25,786 nt of DNA from Octopus sinensis (Eukaryota): NCBI RefSeq assembly GCF_006345805.1, contig NW_021835676.1, positions 1-25,786 on the forward strand, in the 5' to 3' direction. A model generated the notes under the pieces. It was not told the DNA's origin, did not search any database, and was given only the letters and a program-made list of their open reading frames with translations. Shown one piece after another: positions 23,728-25,786 of the stretch (its first letter is position 1; each line of letters starts with the position of its first letter). Position numbers and translations under genes: made by a program.

Positions 23728-23821
23728 GTCAATTTGTGCCAACCCAACCCATGCCACAACGCTACCAAATGTATCGATGTTGGAGAAACTTTCAAATGTG
23801 TGTGTAAACCGGGATTTTCAG
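23728..23821 (+). CDS. Single internal coding exon encoding an EGF-like domain (VNLCQPNPCHNATKCIDVGETFKCVCKPGFSG); host is a Notch/Delta/Serrate/Crumbs/Slit-type EGF-repeat protein, gene not identifiable
   Basis: Polypyrimidine tract plus acceptor ttcgcttcAG (23726-27); 94-nt open exon (phase 0 start, phase 1 end); donor G|GTGAG at 23822. C-x4-C-x5-C-x8-C-x-C-xx-GFSG spacing, with the sixth Cys expected in the next exon. Matches the Asp/Asn hydroxylation consensus C-x-D-x4-F-x-C and the EOGT consensus C-xx-G-F-S-G. Confidence 0.9.
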
Positions 23822-24044
23822 GTGAGACGTTACACTTGCATTCTGTCTGTGTTCTTAACACTGAGGCAAAATAATAATCAATAAAAGCAGATGAACAACA
23901 ACAACATGAAAATAGAGACAGCAATATTTACAGTAAAAACAGAAACAAGAACAGCAAGAAGCTAAAAGCAAATGTAACGACGAGGTTGTTCACCTGAACA
24001 AAACAAGAGAAACAGAGCACCGTAACAAAATATAGAAACCTGTC

Positions 24045-24093
<49 letters not shown>

Positions 24094-24140
24094 AATATTA
24101 TATAATATGTATATATATCTATATATCAGTATATATTATA

Positions 24141-24222
<82 letters not shown>

Positions 24223-24230
24223 TATATATA

Positions 24231-24368
24231 TCTTTCTGACGAAGAGCTCCGCTCGAAACGTTAAACCCTCCTTCTTTCCTCCTTCTTTCCTGAGCGTCCA
24301 ATAATACTATATTTGTTCCACGTCCTCGCGTTGTTGTGTTTTTTGTGCCTTCTGGTTGGATTAACTTT
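24231..24368 (+). mobile_element. Penelope-like terminal-repeat fragment, copy 3 (5'-truncated at the ribozyme)
   Basis: Shares gaaacgttaaaccctccttc...cctgagcgtccaataa...ttggattaact with the copies at 3431 and 10385; flanked by (TA)n. Confidence 0.7.
24233..24265 (+). ncRNA. Minimal type I hammerhead ribozyme of Penelope-like-element type, intact core
   Basis: UUU-CUGACGA-A-GAGC(UCC)GCUC-GAA-ACGU-U-AAA: 3-bp stem I, 4-bp stem II, loopless palindromic stem III (ACGU), cleavage predicted after GUU (24262). Confidence 0.75.
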
Positions 24369-24485
24369 ATATATATCTTGGCTACCGAATAATTGTCAGA
24401 TATTATCATATTATTTTACAGATAAATTCCTCTATTTACATAATATTGAGGTCTCTTTCTTTCTTTTGTTATCATACCGTTTTTA

Positions 24486-24522
<37 letters not shown>

Positions 24523-24528
<6 letters not shown>

Positions 24529-24870
24529 GTACTTGGAGAACAGAATTTTGTATTTGTTTTTTTTATTTGTATTGTTTTTACGTCCTGTTTTTGTCACATT
24601 TTTTTCTTTCCTTGTTTTTACCCCTCTGCAAAGGAATTTTATTTAATTCTTTCGCAGGAAGAATTCGACGAGTCGTGTTCTGTCCTTACCTTCGAAACAC
24701 GCATGGAGTCGAACTAGGGACAGCTGATGAAGGGGAATTTTCTTTGTATTGTTTGTCTTGTACTCTGTTTTTTCGTTGTTAAAAAAAGTCCGTTTCCGTG
24801 TTTGTTTTTAGGTTTTCGTTTCTCGTTGAGTTCTACGTCTATTTGTGGTGTCCTGTACTCACATATATAT
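24523..24870 (+). mobile_element. Probable Penelope-like terminal-repeat fragment carrying the permuted hammerhead, between (TA)n tracts
   Basis: T-rich non-coding block bounded on both sides by (TA)n, with an embedded ribozyme core. The architecture resembles the Penelope-type copies in this window. Family assignment is inference. Confidence 0.4.
24674..24735 (+). ncRNA. Candidate non-circularly permuted (pseudoknotted) hammerhead ribozyme
   Basis: Stem III CGUGU(24674-78)/ACACG(24697-701); H17=U24679; stem I CUGUCCUUA(24680-88)/UAGGGACAG(24715-23); CUGAUGA 24724-30 plus extra A; GAA 24694-96; weak stem II GGGG(24732-35)/CUUC(24690-93) with two G.U pairs. Confidence 0.7.
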
Positions 24871-24954
24871 ATATTTATATATGCATGTATATATACATGT
24901 AGATGTAGGTTCGTACATATATGTATGTATGCATATATTTCATATATATATGTT

Positions 24955-25292
24955 TGTGTGTCTGTGTTTGTCTCCCACCATCGCTTCACAACTGACGTTA
25001 GCGTGTTTACGTCCGAGTAACTTAGCGATTAGGAAATAAGAGACTGATAAAATAAATACTACGCTTACTAAGATGTGTCCGACTAAAAGGCGGTGCTCCA
25101 GCAGTCAATTGCCATTTATGGGTCTGTGTGTGCGTGTGTGCGTGTGTGCGTGCGTGTCTGTGTGTATCTGTTGGGCAAAACGACCCCTGGAGAATAAGAA
25201 CCAATCTTTGAAAGTAAAAACGATAGTACTGGGGGTGGATTCCTTCGACGAACATTTTCCAAGGTGGTTCTCCAGCATGACCGCAGTCTAAC
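24955..25292 (+). mobile_element. Two SINE 3' fragments (about 24955-25107 and 25210-25292)
   Basis: ccatcgctt.acaac, gtgtttacgtcc, taacttagcg, aaggcggtgctccagca; aaggtggttctccagcatgaccgcagtc. Confidence 0.65.
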
Positions 25293-25293
25293 C

Positions 25294-25357
<64 letters not shown>

Positions 25358-25571
25358 TAATAATAAAATATTCCAGTCAACATCAACCAATGTGTTTTTC
25401 TTAGACTGTTATTTGAGTGAAATTTAGATGCTTTTTCTAGCAAGTTCTTTATTGCCTCGCTGCGAAAACCCTTATTAACGTTTCCCATTATTTTCGCAAC
25501 TCACTGCAGATTCTGATAGTGAGAAGATAAATTATCAAAGGAAACAATAGTCTGAAGTAGATATGCATACG

Positions 25572-25687
<116 letters not shown>

Positions 25688-25731
25688 GCTATCTATCTAT
25701 CTACCTATCTACCTATCTAGTTATCTACCTA

Positions 25732-25771
<40 letters not shown>

Positions 25772-25786
25772 GCATGTAGACTACGT

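Noticed and set aside
25370-25488. Minus-strand ORF start MGNVNKGFRSEAIKNLLEKASKF
   Set aside because: It runs into a (TAA)n tract, with no recognisable homology or splice support.

Overview
AT-rich eukaryotic genomic DNA saturated with microsatellites. The repeat content (tRNA-derived SINEs, R4/Dong-, RTE- and CR1-like LINE relics, mariner relics, Penelope-like ends) looks like an octopus/coleoid cephalopod genome; this is inferred from recalled repeat families and was not searched. The only host coding sequence I can support is one 94-nt EGF-like exon on + (23728-23821), so the window is probably mostly intronic. Almost all ORFs in the supplied track are microsatellite translations. The main signal is RNA-level. 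(1) At 24674-24735 all three strands of a hammerhead ribozyme core (CUGAUGA, GAAA, GUU cleavage triplet, 9-bp stem I, 5-bp stem III) are in perfect register but joined in a non-circularly permuted, pseudoknotted order. (2) A Penelope-type minimal, dimer-dependent hammerhead occurs in three dispersed copies: one with an intact core (24233-24265) and two with lesions in the core. (3) A ~380-nt fold-back element (5056-5436) carries a hammerhead-like scaffold in both polarities, with weaker support. Both best ribozyme candidates lie in the sense orientation within about 0.9 kb downstream of the EGF exon. All structures were folded by eye and none was computed.
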